A stretch of DNA of 64,000 nt from NCBI GenBank assembly GCA_963742135.1, contig CAVUKP010000012.1:4398-68397 (forward strand), read 5' to 3'. The notes under the pieces were generated by a model. The model was not told the origin of the DNA and searched no databases. It saw only the letters and a program-made list of their open reading frames with translations. This document shows, piece by piece, positions 8,913 to 18,226 of the stretch; within the stretch, counting starts at the first letter, position 1, and each line of letters starts with the position of its first letter. The position numbers and the translations under genes were made by a program. The DNA comes from an uncultured Thermoleophilia bacterium (GTDB lineage: Bacteria > Actinomycetota > Thermoleophilia > Gaiellales > Gaiellaceae).

Positions 8913-9783
8913 CTCGCTCGACCTCGAAGACCGCCTCGGTCACGTCGCCGAGATCCTCGCCGTCCGCCTGCAGCGGCAGCGGCCCGTCGCAGGTGATCGC
9001 GATCCGGTCGACGTCGATCGCGGAATGGACGAGCGGATCGGCGCCGAGACGCCCGCGCAGGGCGCGCACCACGAGCCGCGGGAGAACCGCCGGGCGGATC
9101 GCCGACGGTGCGACGTAGCCGAGGCCGTGCTCGAACCGGACGCCGCCGACGAGCCGCAGCGGCAGCGGCCCGGCGAAGGTGTAGGGCGAGCCGTTCGCCA
9201 CCAGCAGGAACGCGGCGCGTCCCACGCTCTCGATCTCGAGCACCGGTTCCAATCGCAGCCGCGCCTCGGCGAACAGCCGCACGACGGTTGCGGCGAACGC
9301 GAGGTCGCCCGGCCGCTTCCCCTCGTCCGTGCGGCCGCGGGCGTCGATCCGGCGGACCGCCTCGGCGTCGAGCCCCACCCCGCCCGAGAAGGTGAAGCGA
9401 CGTCCGTTCACCCGGCCGAGCGAGATCCGCCGCGTCCGCCCTTCGGCGATCGCCGACGCGACCACCACCGCCGCGGCGGACGCCGCCCGCGGGAGGCCGA
9501 GGGCACGCGGTAGCACGCTCGTCCCGCCGCCGGGCAGGAACCCCATCGGCACGCGCCCAGCCGCGCCGTTGACCGCTTCGTTGTAGGTGCCGTCGCCCGA
9601 GAGGACGACGACGGCGTCGCTCACGGCCGCCGCTTCCGAGGCGAGCTCCGCCGCGTGCCCCGGCCCGCGCGTGAACTGCGTGACGAGCTCGACTCGCGCC
9701 CGCAGGGCCGCTTCGACGCTCTCGACCGCGCGACGCGTCACCGCCGACGAGTACGGGTTGACGATCAGCGTCGCGCACTGCAC
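8890..9783 (-). CDS. diacylglycerol kinase family lipid kinase (YegS/BmrU-like)
   Basis: 297 aa with the DAGK catalytic motif VVVLSGDGTYNEAVNG. Confidence 0.8.
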   Translation of the reverse strand: MQCATLIVNPYSSAVTRRAVESVEAALRARVELVTQFTRGPGHAAELASEAAAVSDAVVVLSGDGTYNEAVNGAAGRVPMGFLPGGGTSVLPRALGLPRAASAAAVVVASAIAEGRTRRISLGRVNGRRFTFSGGVGLDAEAVRRIDARGRTDEGKRPGDLAFAATVVRLFAEARLRLEPVLEIESVGRAAFLLVANGSPYTFAGPLPLRLVGGVRFEHGLGYVAPSAIRPAVLPRLVVRALRGRLGADPLVHSAIDVDRIAITCDGPLPLQADGEDLGDVTEAVFEVERDALAVLV

Positions 9784-9816
9784 CCGCCGAAGCGTATGCA
9801 GCGGGCAGCCGCCGGG

Positions 9817-10386
9817 TCACGGCGTCGCGTAGCCGCGCATGCCGTCGAGCAGGACGGCGTAGACGCGGTCGGCGAGGGCGTCGGTGTCCGCGCCCGGGCG
9901 GAGCCAGGTGTAGGCCCAGTTGGCCGCCGAGACGAAGAGCAAGGCCGCCGTCGCGACGTCGAGATCCGTCCGCAGCTCGCTCGCCTCGACGCCCTCGCGG
10001 AAGAGGTCGCGGATCCGTTCCTCGTACCGGCGCCGCTCCGCCGCGAACGCCTTCCGGCGCTCGCCCGAGAGGAACCGCCATTCGCGGACGAACACGGTCG
10101 CGACGTCGAGCTGCCCGCCGACGACCGCGAGATGAGCCCGCAGCGCGAGCCTGATCCGCTCCGCCGCCGGGCCCTCCGGCACGCCGTCGAGCGCGCCGTG
10201 GAACGCCGCGGCGCCCTCGCGCGCCACCTCCCAGAGCAGGTCCTCCTTCGACTGGATGTGGTGGTAGAGCGAGGGCTTCTGGACGCCGAGCTCCTCCGCG
10301 AGGTCTGCGAGCGACGTTCCCTGGTAGCCCTTCTCCGCGAAGAGACGGGCGGCGATCCGGGTTAGCTCCTCGCGCCGGCCGGCCAT
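9817..10386 (-). CDS. TetR family transcriptional regulator, divergent from paaABCD (PaaR-like position)
   Basis: 189 aa. HTH: GYQGTSLADLAEELGVQKPSLYHHI. Confidence 0.85.
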   Translation of the reverse strand: MAGRREELTRIAARLFAEKGYQGTSLADLAEELGVQKPSLYHHIQSKEDLLWEVAREGAAAFHGALDGVPEGPAAERIRLALRAHLAVVGGQLDVATVFVREWRFLSGERRKAFAAERRRYEERIRDLFREGVEASELRTDLDVATAALLFVSAANWAYTWLRPGADTDALADRVYAVLLDGMRGYATP

Positions 10387-10401
10387 ACAATGGTGAGACT
10401 A

Positions 10402-10412
10402 ACGAACGGTCG
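10402..10412. promoter_or_regulatory. operator-like motif ACGAACGGTCG in the 37-nt TetR/paaA divergent region
   Basis: The exact 11-mer recurs at 59299..59309, and a 1-mismatch copy lies at 59184..59194. Both of those sit in the other TetR-associated divergent region. Confidence 0.3.
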
Positions 10413-10423
10413 GTAGGAGGATC

Positions 10424-11320
10424 ATGAGCGACGCGCGGACGCAGGAGTTCGTCGAGTACGTGCAGTCGGGAGGACAGGTCGAGGTCGACGACTGGATGCC
10501 GGACGAGTACCGCCGGCGGTTGATCAAGTTCATCGAGATGCACGGCAACTCCGAGCTCATGGGCGTGCTGCCCGAGCGCGAGTGGGTCCTGCGCGCGCCT
10601 ACGCTCCAGCGGAAGCTCGCCCTCACCGCCAAGGTGCAGGACGAGGTCGGCCACGCGCAGCTCATCTACCGGGTCGTCGAGGACCTCGGGAAGCCCCGCG
10701 AGCAGTCGCTCGCGGACCTCATCTCGGGCAAGGCGAAGTTCCACAACGTCTTCCACTATCCGACCGTCTCATGGGGGGACGTGGGCGTCATCGCCTGGCT
10801 CGTCGACGCCGCCGCGATCATCAGCCAGAAGGCGCTTCTCAAGTGCTCCTACGCCCCGTACGCACGGATCATGAAGAAGATCTGCTGGGAGGAGTCGTTC
10901 CACATCCTGCACGGCCGCGACGTGATCCTCGCGCTCGTCACCGGCACCGCGGAGCAGCGCGACCTGGTGCAGGAGGCGCTCGACCGGTGGTGGGGCCCGC
11001 TGATGCAGTTCCACGGGACGAAGCTGCCGCCGGACGAGGACCCGATGGTCTACTGGCGGATCAAGAGCCAGGGCAACGAGGAGGCGCGCCAGCAGTTCCT
11101 GGAGGGGTACGTGCCGCAGATCCTGGAGCTCGGCCTGAGCGTGCCCGACCCGAAGCTCCGCCGCCGCGACGACGGAGTGTGGGAGTACACGGAGCCCGAC
11201 TGGGACGAGCTCACGAGCGTCGTGACCGGCCACGGCCCCCGCTCGAGCGAGCGCCTCGAGCTGCGGCGCAAGTTCCTCGAGCAGGAGCAGTGGGTGCGCG
11301 ACGCGGTGCTGGCGGCGTAG
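10424..11320 (+). CDS. paaA: 1,2-phenylacetyl-CoA epoxidase subunit A
   Basis: 298 aa. It carries ferritin-like di-iron motifs (QDEVGHAQL, EESFHILHG) and has GGAGG upstream. Confidence 0.9.
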   Translation: MSDARTQEFVEYVQSGGQVEVDDWMPDEYRRRLIKFIEMHGNSELMGVLPEREWVLRAPTLQRKLALTAKVQDEVGHAQLIYRVVEDLGKPREQSLADLISGKAKFHNVFHYPTVSWGDVGVIAWLVDAAAIISQKALLKCSYAPYARIMKKICWEESFHILHGRDVILALVTGTAEQRDLVQEALDRWWGPLMQFHGTKLPPDEDPMVYWRIKSQGNEEARQQFLEGYVPQILELGLSVPDPKLRRRDDGVWEYTEPDWDELTSVVTGHGPRSSERLELRRKFLEQEQWVRDAVLAA

Positions 11321-11327
11321 GGACGGA

Positions 11328-11618
11328 ATGGCCGTCTGGGAGGTGTTCCGGCAGGAAAGGAAGGGCCAGCCGTTCGCCCACGCCGGGTCGGTCGTCGCCC
11401 CCTCGGCGGACTTCGCGGAGGCGTGGGCGCGCGAGCAGTACGGCCGCCGGGGCGAGTCGACCGCGCTCTGGCTCGTCCCACGCGACTCGGTGCACCGGGT
11501 GTCCGACTGGGCCGACGAGTTCGACCTCAAGTACCGCCGCGTGGACGGCTACTCGATCAAGGCGCGGCTGAAGGAGGCACGTGAGCGAGCGGGCACGGCT
11601 GCTCCTGGAGCTGGCTGA
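11328..11618 (+). CDS. paaB: 1,2-phenylacetyl-CoA epoxidase subunit B
   Basis: 96 aa (WEVF.....G.PF.HAGSV.AP....A...ARE.Y.RR). Confidence 0.85.
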   Translation: MAVWEVFRQERKGQPFAHAGSVVAPSADFAEAWAREQYGRRGESTALWLVPRDSVHRVSDWADEFDLKYRRVDGYSIKARLKEARERAGTAAPGAG

Positions 11619-12231
11619 CGACGAGCTGATCCTCGGCTGGCGCGAGTCCGAGTGGACGGGCATCGCGCCCACGCTCGAGGAAGACGTCGCGTTCTCGTCG
11701 ATCGCGCAGAACGAGATCGGCCACGCGCGCGCCGCCTACGAGCTCGCGGCGGAGGAGCTCGGCGCCGACGCGGACGCCCTCGCCTTCGATCGCGGCCCGG
11801 ACGAGTACCGGTGCGCGCCGATCGTCGAGCTGCACCTCCTCGAATGGGCGCCGACGATCGCGCGCCGATACCTGTACGAGCAGGCCGACCGCGTGCGGAT
11901 CGAGGCGCTGAAGTCCTCGGAGGACGCGGCGGTCGCCGGCCTCGCGACGAAGATCGACCGCGAGGAGGTCTACCACCGGATGCACGCGGAGATGTGGCAC
12001 GAGCGCCTGCGCGACGAGCCGCGCTACCGCGAGGCGCTCGAGCGGCTGTGGCCGTACGCGCTCGGCATGCTTGCCGAGCCGCTGCGCGAGCGTCTCGAGG
12101 CGCCGCTGCCAGGCCTCCCTCGTGACTCGCTGCCGGAAAGCTCCGTCCGCGGATCGCACTCCGGCGAGCTCGCGGATCTGTGGGACGAGATGACGAGCGT
12201 GCGCCGGACGGCGCCGGGGGCGCAATGGTGA
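11581..12231 (+). CDS. paaC: 1,2-phenylacetyl-CoA epoxidase subunit C
   Basis: 216 aa (LADDELILGWRESEWTGIAPTLEEDVAFSSIAQNEIGHAR). GTG start inside the paaB tail. Confidence 0.8.
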   Translation: MSERARLLLELADDELILGWRESEWTGIAPTLEEDVAFSSIAQNEIGHARAAYELAAEELGADADALAFDRGPDEYRCAPIVELHLLEWAPTIARRYLYEQADRVRIEALKSSEDAAVAGLATKIDREEVYHRMHAEMWHERLRDEPRYREALERLWPYALGMLAEPLRERLEAPLPGLPRDSLPESSVRGSHSGELADLWDEMTSVRRTAPGAQW

Positions 12232-12710
12232 CGGCCGAGCAGGTGTGGACGGCCCTCGACGAGGTGCCCGACCCCGAGATCCCGGTCATCTCGCTCGTGG
12301 AGCTCGGTGTCGTGCGCGAGGTCGCCGTCGAGGGCAACGCGGTGCACGTCGCGTTCACGCCGACCTTCCTCGGCTGCCCCGCGCTCGCCTACATGCGGTC
12401 CACGCTCGAGGAGAAGGTGCGCGAGCTCGGCGGCGAGCCGCAGGTCGAGGTCGTGACCGACGACTCCTGGTCGACCGACCGCATCACCCCCGCGGGCCGC
12501 GAGAAGCTTCGGGCGGCGGGCTTCGCGCCGCCGCCGCCGCGCGAGGCGGCTCCGCCGAAGCTCCTCCAGCTCCAGTCGCGGATCCACCGCTGCCCCTACT
12601 GCAAGTCGAAGCAGACGCGCCTGGAGAACATCTTCGGCCCGACCCCGTGCCGCTCGATCCGGTACTGCGAGAGCTGCCGGCAGCCGTTCGAGCAGTTCAA
12701 GACGATCTGA
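12225..12710 (+). CDS. paaD: phenylacetate-CoA oxygenase subunit PaaD (SUF-like N-terminal domain plus C-terminal Cys4 zinc ribbon)
   Basis: ORF 12180..12710. The ATG at 12225 overlaps the paaC stop (ATGGTGA). It has DPEIPVISLVELGVV and CPYC...CESC. Confidence 0.85.
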   Translation: MVTAEQVWTALDEVPDPEIPVISLVELGVVREVAVEGNAVHVAFTPTFLGCPALAYMRSTLEEKVRELGGEPQVEVVTDDSWSTDRITPAGREKLRAAGFAPPPPREAAPPKLLQLQSRIHRCPYCKSKQTRLENIFGPTPCRSIRYCESCRQPFEQFKTI

Positions 12711-12828
12711 TGAGCGCGTAGCGGATCGCGCCGCGATGATCTGAACCTCGGAATTTTGCGGTCTCTCCGCTGTCGCGCTCGCGCCCGGTACGTCGAACGA
12801 CGAAAGCAACTCGACAGAGGGGGATCCC

Positions 12829-13395
12829 ATGGTCAGGTCCATCCGGAGCAGGTCGTCGCGCCGCGTCCCGTTGCCGTCGCCGGCGCTCGTCGTCGCATCG
12901 CTTGCGCTCCTCATAGCCCTCGGCGGAGTCGGATACGCCGCCGTCGTCGTGCCCGCGAACAGCGTCGGCGCCACGCAGATCCGGGCAGGCGCAGTCGCGT
13001 CGTCGGAGGTGCGAAACGGGTCGCTGCTCGCGACCGATCTCGCGCCGGCGGCGCGGCGGGCGCTGACGGGAGCGGCCGGCGCGCAGGGGCCGAAGGGCGA
13101 CGCCGGCGCGAAGGGCGATCCCGGCCTGAGCGGGGTCGAGATCGTCGGGGCGAGCTCCGAGTACACGTCGAGCCCCGAGCGGACGCTCGTGGTCGACTGC
13201 CCGCCGGGGAAGCGGCTGGTCGGCGGCGGCGCAGGCGCCTGGGGGCGCGCGATGATCTGGATCCCCGACGGTGTCGCCCTCACGGCGAGCCATCCGTATG
13301 ACGAGGACACCTGGCTGGCGGCAGCGAGGGAGGTCGTCCCGACCGACGGCGAATGGTTCCTGCGCGCGAACGCCGTCTGCGCGTTCGCGTCCTAG
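12829..13395 (+). CDS. membrane-anchored protein with a short collagen-like Gly-X-Y stretch
   Basis: 188 aa. SD AGAGGGGGA. TM anchor ALVVASLALLIALGGVGYAAVVV. Seven GXY triplets (GAAGAQGPKGDAGAKGDPGLSG) are followed by a Cys-containing C-terminal domain. Confidence 0.6.
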   Translation: MVRSIRSRSSRRVPLPSPALVVASLALLIALGGVGYAAVVVPANSVGATQIRAGAVASSEVRNGSLLATDLAPAARRALTGAAGAQGPKGDAGAKGDPGLSGVEIVGASSEYTSSPERTLVVDCPPGKRLVGGGAGAWGRAMIWIPDGVALTASHPYDEDTWLAAAREVVPTDGEWFLRANAVCAFAS

Positions 13396-13421
13396 GTCGC
13401 CCCTACCGCCCTGAAAGAAAG

Positions 13422-13458
13422 GCCGGCGCCAGACCCGCGATGCGGGTCCGGCGCCGGC
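13422..13458. terminator. long GC hairpin between convergent genes (likely bidirectional terminator)
   Basis: GCCGGCGCC-A-GACCCGC-GAT-GCGGGTC-C-GGCGCCGGC, giving 9+7 bp stems with a triloop. It sits between the collagen-like gene and the RTX gene end. Confidence 0.6.
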
Positions 13459-13480
13459 AGGTGGGCGGAGCTCGAGCGAC

Positions 13481-16400
13481 CTAGGGCTTCGAGGCGCCCT
13501 GGACCAGCTTGCTCAGGTCCGCGTGGGGAAGCGTGTGCTGCTTGCCGCCGACGTCGAGCACGGTCTTGCCGTCGACGATGCGAACGTGCGTCGCCAGCCA
13601 CTCGCTTGCCGGCGGTGGCCGCCGAGGTCACGGTGTCGCCGGCGGCGCGCGACGAGCTGGATCTCGATGTCGTCGCCGGCGCCGCCGTCGAGGATGTCGA
13701 TGCCGGGACCGCCGATCAGGACGTCGTCGCCGGCGCCGCCGTTCAGCACGTCGTTGCCGTCGCCGCCGATGAGGACGTCGTTGCCCGTCGCCGCCGTCGG
13801 CCGTCAGCTGGATCGCGCCGGCCGCCAGGCCCGACGCCTCGACGCACGTCGTCGCCGGCGAGCGCGTTGACCGTCAGCCGGTCGTTGGCGGCCTCGGCGC
13901 CGGTGATGTTCACCTGCGCGGCCAGGCCGACGCACGGCCACGCCGGACGCGTCGCCGGCGACCTGGATCGACGTCGTCGCCGTTCGTGCCGTTGACGATC
14001 ACGTTGTCGGCCGCGCCGTCGCCGGCGCCGCCGACGGCCGCGAGGTCGGTGTTGACCTCGGTCACGTCCGTCCCGCTGAGGTCGTTGACGGTGATCGTGT
14101 CGGCGCCGCCGAGCGCGTTGAAGTCGATGCGCCTCGACGTCGTCGAGGTCCATCGACGACGCTGGCGACGTCGCGGACGAACCGGACGCGCCCGCCGTTC
14201 GCGGAGACGTCGATCTGCTCGGCGATGTTCGCGCCGTTGAAGAGCATCGTGTCGAAGCCGGCCTGGCCCTCGACCGTGTCGTTGTCGTCGCCCGGGTTCC
14301 AGACGAACGTGTCGTCGCCGGCGCCCAGCAGCGCGGTGTCGTTGCCGTCGCCGCCGTTGACGAGGTCGTCGCCCTCGCTGCCGAGCAGCGTGTCGACGCC
14401 GAGGCCGCCGTTCATCGTGAGCTGGATGCCGTCGGCCTCCAGCGACGACGCGTTCGACGGTGTCGTCGCCGCCGAGGCCGTTGAGCGTCAGCCGGTCGTT
14501 CGCCTGCTCCTGGAAGAAGATGTTGACCGCGGTGTGCAGCCCGAAGACGCTGACGCCGCCGGCGTCGCCCGCGGCGCCGAACACGTCGGCGCCCTGCGTG
14601 CCGTTGACGGTGATCGTGTCCGCCGCGCCGTCGCCGCCGCCGTTCGGGCCGCGGAGGTCGAGGTCGGTCCGCGTCACGTCGGTGCCGGTCAGGTCGCCGA
14701 CGACGACGTTGTCGGCGCCGCCGAGCGCCCGGAAGTCGATGCGTCTCGACGTCGTCGAGGTCCATCGTCACGCCGGCGACGTCGCGGACGAACCGGACGC
14801 GCCCGCCGTTGGCGGCGATGTCGATGCTTCTCGGCGATGTTGGCGCCGAAGAACAGCATCGTGTCGGCGCCGTCCTGGCCCTCGAGCGTGTCGCTGCCGT
14901 CGCCCGGGTTCCACTGGAAGACGTCGTCGCCGGCGCCCATCGAGCGCGAGGTCGTTGCCGTTGTCGCCGACGACGAAGTCGTCGCCGTCGCCGCCGAGGA
15001 GCACGTCGGCGCCCTGCGAGCCGAGCAGCGTGTCGTCGCCGGCGCCGCCGTCGATCGTCAGCTTGATGACGCCGGCGGGCAGCGTGGTCGCGGTCACGCC
15101 GTCGTTGCCGCCGAGCGCGTTGACGACGAGCGCGTCGTTCGCCCCCTCGGAGTTCGTGACGTTCACCAGGGCCGCGAGCCCGACGACGGCGACGGACGTC
15201 CCGGCGCCGAACGACGTCGACGACGTCGTTGCCGTTCGTGCCGTTGACGATGACGGTGTCGGCCGCGGCGTCGCCCGCGTCGCCGCCGAGGTGCCGGCGA
15301 GGTTCGCGTCGACCTTGACGACGTCGGTGCCGGCGAGGTCGTTGACGGTGAGCGTGTCGGCCCCGCCGAGCGCGTTCACGTCGACGACCTCGACGTCGTT
15401 CATGTCCATGACGATGTTGCCGATGTTGCGGGTGAAGCGCAGGCGCCCGCCGTTGGCGGAGGCGTCGAAGATCTCGCCGATGTTCGCTGCCGTTGAACAG
15501 CATCGTGTCGGTGCCGTCCTGGCCCTCGACGGTGTCGCTGCCGTCGCCGGGATCCCACTGGAAGGTGTCGTCGCCGGCGCCGAGGAACGCCGTGTCGTTG
15601 CCCTGCTGGCCGTCGACGAAGTCGTTGCCGTCGCCGCCGAGCAGCATGTCGGCGCCGTTGCTGCCGAGGATCGTGTCGTTGCCCGTGCCGCCGTCGACGG
15701 TGATCTCGATCAGCGTGGCGAGGTTGCCGGTGGCGGAGAAGCTGTCGTCGCCGCCGTTGGCGTTGAGGACGAGCTTCTCGGACGTGCCGATGTCGATCGA
15801 GAACGGCGCCGGGTCGAGGCGGTCGAAGCGGACGCGGGTGCCGTTGGCGGTCGCGGTGAACTGCTCGGCTGCCGTTGCCGCCGTTGACCTCGACGGTGTC
15901 GGTGCCGGCGCCGCCCTCGTTGAGGTCGGTGTCGTCGCCGGGGTTCCAGATCATCCGGTCGTTGCCCGCTCTCGCCGAAGACCTGGTCGTCGGCGTCGCC
16001 GCCGGTCAGCGTGTCGTTCTCGGTGCCGCCGAACAGGAAGTCGACGCCGCCCTTGCCGAGCAGCGTGTCGTTGCCGGCCTGGCCGAAGAGCTGGTCGGCG
16101 CCGGAGCCGCCGGTGAGCGTGTCGTTGTCGGCGCCGCCGAACAGGTTCGCCCGCGGCAGCGCGCCGTTGGCCTCGTTGAGGGTGAGCGTGTCGTTGCCGC
16201 CCTGACCGAAGACCTGGATCAGCGCGGTGTTGGCGACGGTCGCCGTGCCGCCGGCGACGCTGACCGCGCCGCCGTTGACGAGGATCTTCCCGGCCGCGTC
16301 GCGGCTGATCGTGATCGTGTTGTTCAGGCTGTCGCCGAACACGGTCAGCACGCCCGAGCTCGGGGCTGAACGTCGCGGTCACCGCGGCGCTCGCCGGGCT

Positions 16401-16493
16401 TGCGGCGAATAGCGCAGCGCCTGCGACCGCGGCAGCTGCGATGAGACGTCCCCCCGGGCGGCGACGGCCGTTCTTCCGCCTTACCTTCATCAT
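13481..16493 (-). pseudogene. RTX-type (hemolysin-type calcium-binding repeat) secreted protein, about 998 codons, interrupted by about 18 frame changes
   Basis: AAGGAG lies 7 nt upstream of the ATG at 16493. Signal peptide MMKVRRKNG...AASPASA. The track fragments 15951..16529, 15710..16351, 15400..15954, 14412..15647, 14768..15409, 14689..14940, 13910..14677, 14062..14415, 13743..14153, 13513..13749 and 13392..13631 join into one continuous protein. That protein is full of GGxGxD nonapeptides and ends ...[41 protein letters not shown], with the TAG stop at 13481. Confidence 0.8.
13790..15650 (-). repeat. three tandem coding modules of about 0.6 kb inside the RTX gene
   Basis: Each module reads LLGGDGND..GNDTA.LGAGDDTF.WNPGDGSDT.EGQ.G.DTMLFNGANI.E.ID.SANGGR.RF.RD....MD..DVE.ID..ALGGAD...V.DL.GTDV......L...GG.GDGAAD..IVNGT.G.DV...G....V.GL...VN.....ANDRL.VNAL.G.D. 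Confidence 0.6.
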
Positions 16494-16783
16494 TTTCGGA
16501 CTCCTTGGGATGTGGATCACTGGGAGCACTCCAGTGTCTGCCGCTATGGGCGCGTGTAGAAGGAGTCCACCCCCACAACGCAGGTGCGGCTAGCCGCACA
16601 TCGGCCGCCGCCGCGGCATGGCACCGCCCGCAGCCGGAGCCCCGTCGAGACCGACGCCGAGGAGCCGCCGCGGACGAGGCGCACGTCGTGAAGTCGGACG
16701 GGACGCCTGTGACCCTCTACGTCAACAAGAGATGCAACGTCGTCAGCGTCGCGTCGCGCTGAATGCCCCGGTTCGGGCGCTCC

Positions 16784-17224
16784 TCACCAGACGCGCCAGC
16801 GCTCGCGCGAGAGGAAGAAGCCGTGACCCGCGCGGCTGGAGCAGGTGAGCCCCGTGACACGCGCCGTGCAGCTGAAAGGGCCACCGCGCCAGCGACGCCC
16901 GTAGGCGACGACGCGGCTCCGGCGATCGATCGCCGTATCGCCGGCGCACGTGACGGTCGCGCGACGCGCCGGCGAGAGGCTGAGCCCCGTCAGGTCGAGC
17001 TCGCACGCGGCCGCCGCTCGCATCGGCTCCGGTCTCAGGCCGCTCGCGATGTCGCAGCGCAGGACGTAGCCCTTCGTGAAGCGATCGGGAGACGAGTAGA
17101 CGCAGCCGATGTTCCTCGACGGCAGGACGAACTGCGTGAACGTGGCGCGCGCGCCGGCGCCGGCGCCGGCCGTCGGCGCGAGCGCCACGGCCGCGCACGT
17201 CATCACGAAGAGGAGCCCTTTCAC
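16784..17224 (-). CDS. secreted Cys-containing hypothetical protein
   Basis: 146 aa. Signal peptide MKGLLFVMTCAAVALAPTAGA. Seven Cys in the mature part. Confidence 0.5.
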   Translation of the reverse strand: MKGLLFVMTCAAVALAPTAGAGAGARATFTQFVLPSRNIGCVYSSPDRFTKGYVLRCDIASGLRPEPMRAAAACELDLTGLSLSPARRATVTCAGDTAIDRRSRVVAYGRRWRGGPFSCTARVTGLTCSSRAGHGFFLSRERWRVW

Positions 17225-17275
17225 GGACCCGAAGTATCGCGGCCCGGCTGCGTCGACCCAGTGCGCTGGATTCGC

Positions 17276-18226
17276 CTAGACGCGAAACTCGACGCGGAGC
17301 CTCGACCGTGGTGCGCCGCCGTCGGTCGTGTGGCGCGCCCGCCCGCCCGCGGCTCGCACGCGCTCGCGCAGCGCATCGGCCGCGCGCACGTACTCCCTCG
17401 CCGCACCGGGCTCGAGCGCCGCGCCGTCCTCCTCGACGACCGCCGCGACGACCCCCTCCGACTGCTCGAGCAGAACGCGGACACGCGTCGCGTCGTGCTC
17501 ACCGGCCCACGCCACCGACTCCTGCACGACGCGGTAGAGCGCGGTCTCGACGGCCGGGTCGAGCCTGCCGTTCCAGCCCGAGGTCTCGAGGTCGACGCGC
17601 AGGGGCGTCTGCTCCGATGTCGTCGCGGCGAGACGCTCGACGGCCGCCGCGACGCCGAACTGCGCCAGCGCCGGCGGCCGCAGCTCGACCGCGAGCTCGC
17701 GCAGCTTCTGGATCGTCTCGCGCATCAGCTCGCGCACCGCCGCGTCCGCGGAGGCCTCGTCGTCGTTCGCGGCCGATTCGCGCGCGCCGAGGGCCATGAG
17801 CGCGCTCGTGAGCGTCTGCGCGAGCTCGTCGTGCAGCTCGAATGCGACCCGCTCGCGCTCGCGCTCCTGGTCCTCGATCATCGCCCGCACCGCCGCGCGC
17901 TGGCGCTCGACCCGACGCGCGAAGACTCCAGCGGCGCCGACGACCGCCGGCCAGACCGCGACGGCGACGACCTGACCGGCGCCCCAGCCGTCGGCGAAAC
18001 CGAAGACGAGCGCGCCGACGAGCGCCACCAGCACGCCGTCGACCGGCCCGAAGACGACGGCGACGGTGCCGCCGATCGCAGCCGCGACCGCACCCGGTAT
18101 CCCGGCCACGGAGGCGCTCGACGGCACGGCGAGCGCGACGAGCGCGGCGGCCTCCGCGACGATCGCGAGCGCGACGCCGGCAAGCCTGCGTGCCGCGAGG
18201 GTCGAGAGCCGGAACCGCATTCGCAA
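17276..18226 (-). CDS. sensor histidine kinase (HisKA_3 / NarL-partner type), no adjacent response regulator
   Basis: 316 aa. The N-terminal half is hydrophobic. H-box ERERVAFELHDELAQTL. C-terminal HATPase-like region. Confidence 0.8.
   Translation of the reverse strand: MRMRFRLSTLAARRLAGVALAIVAEAAALVALAVPSSASVAGIPGAVAAAIGGTVAVVFGPVDGVLVALVGALVFGFADGWGAGQVVAVAVWPAVVGAAGVFARRVERQRAAVRAMIEDQERERERVAFELHDELAQTLTSALMALGARESAANDDEASADAAVRELMRETIQKLRELAVELRPPALAQFGVAAAVERLAATTSEQTPLRVDLETSGWNGRLDPAVETALYRVVQESVAWAGEHDATRVRVLLEQSEGVVAAVVEEDGAALEPGAAREYVRAADALRERVRAAGGRARHTTDGGAPRSRLRVEFRV

Noticed and set aside
10391-10423. Match of AGACTAACGAACGGTCGGTAGG to published PaaR operator consensus sequences.
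   Set aside because: - Only partial half-site similarity, recalled from memory.
- I cannot verify the consensus or score it here.
- I kept only the sequence-internal observation that the 11-mer recurs.
13400-16530. Possible CRISPR array or non-coding tandem repeat in the highly repetitive 13.4-16.5 kb region.
   Set aside because: - The repeats are ~0.6-kb coding modules and 27-nt GGxGxD nonapeptide units of an RTX-type protein.
- They are not short identical repeats separated by unique spacers.
- No cas genes are present.
16650-16762. The tail of ORF 16505..16762 (AHVVKSDGTPVTLYVNKRCNVVSVASR) resembles the last beta-strands of a PepSY-like domain. It might be a gene remnant upstream of the RTX gene.
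   Set aside because: - Only ~27 residues look protein-like.
- The upstream part of the frame is Arg/Pro-rich junk.
- There is no start codon or RBS context.
- This is too little to call.
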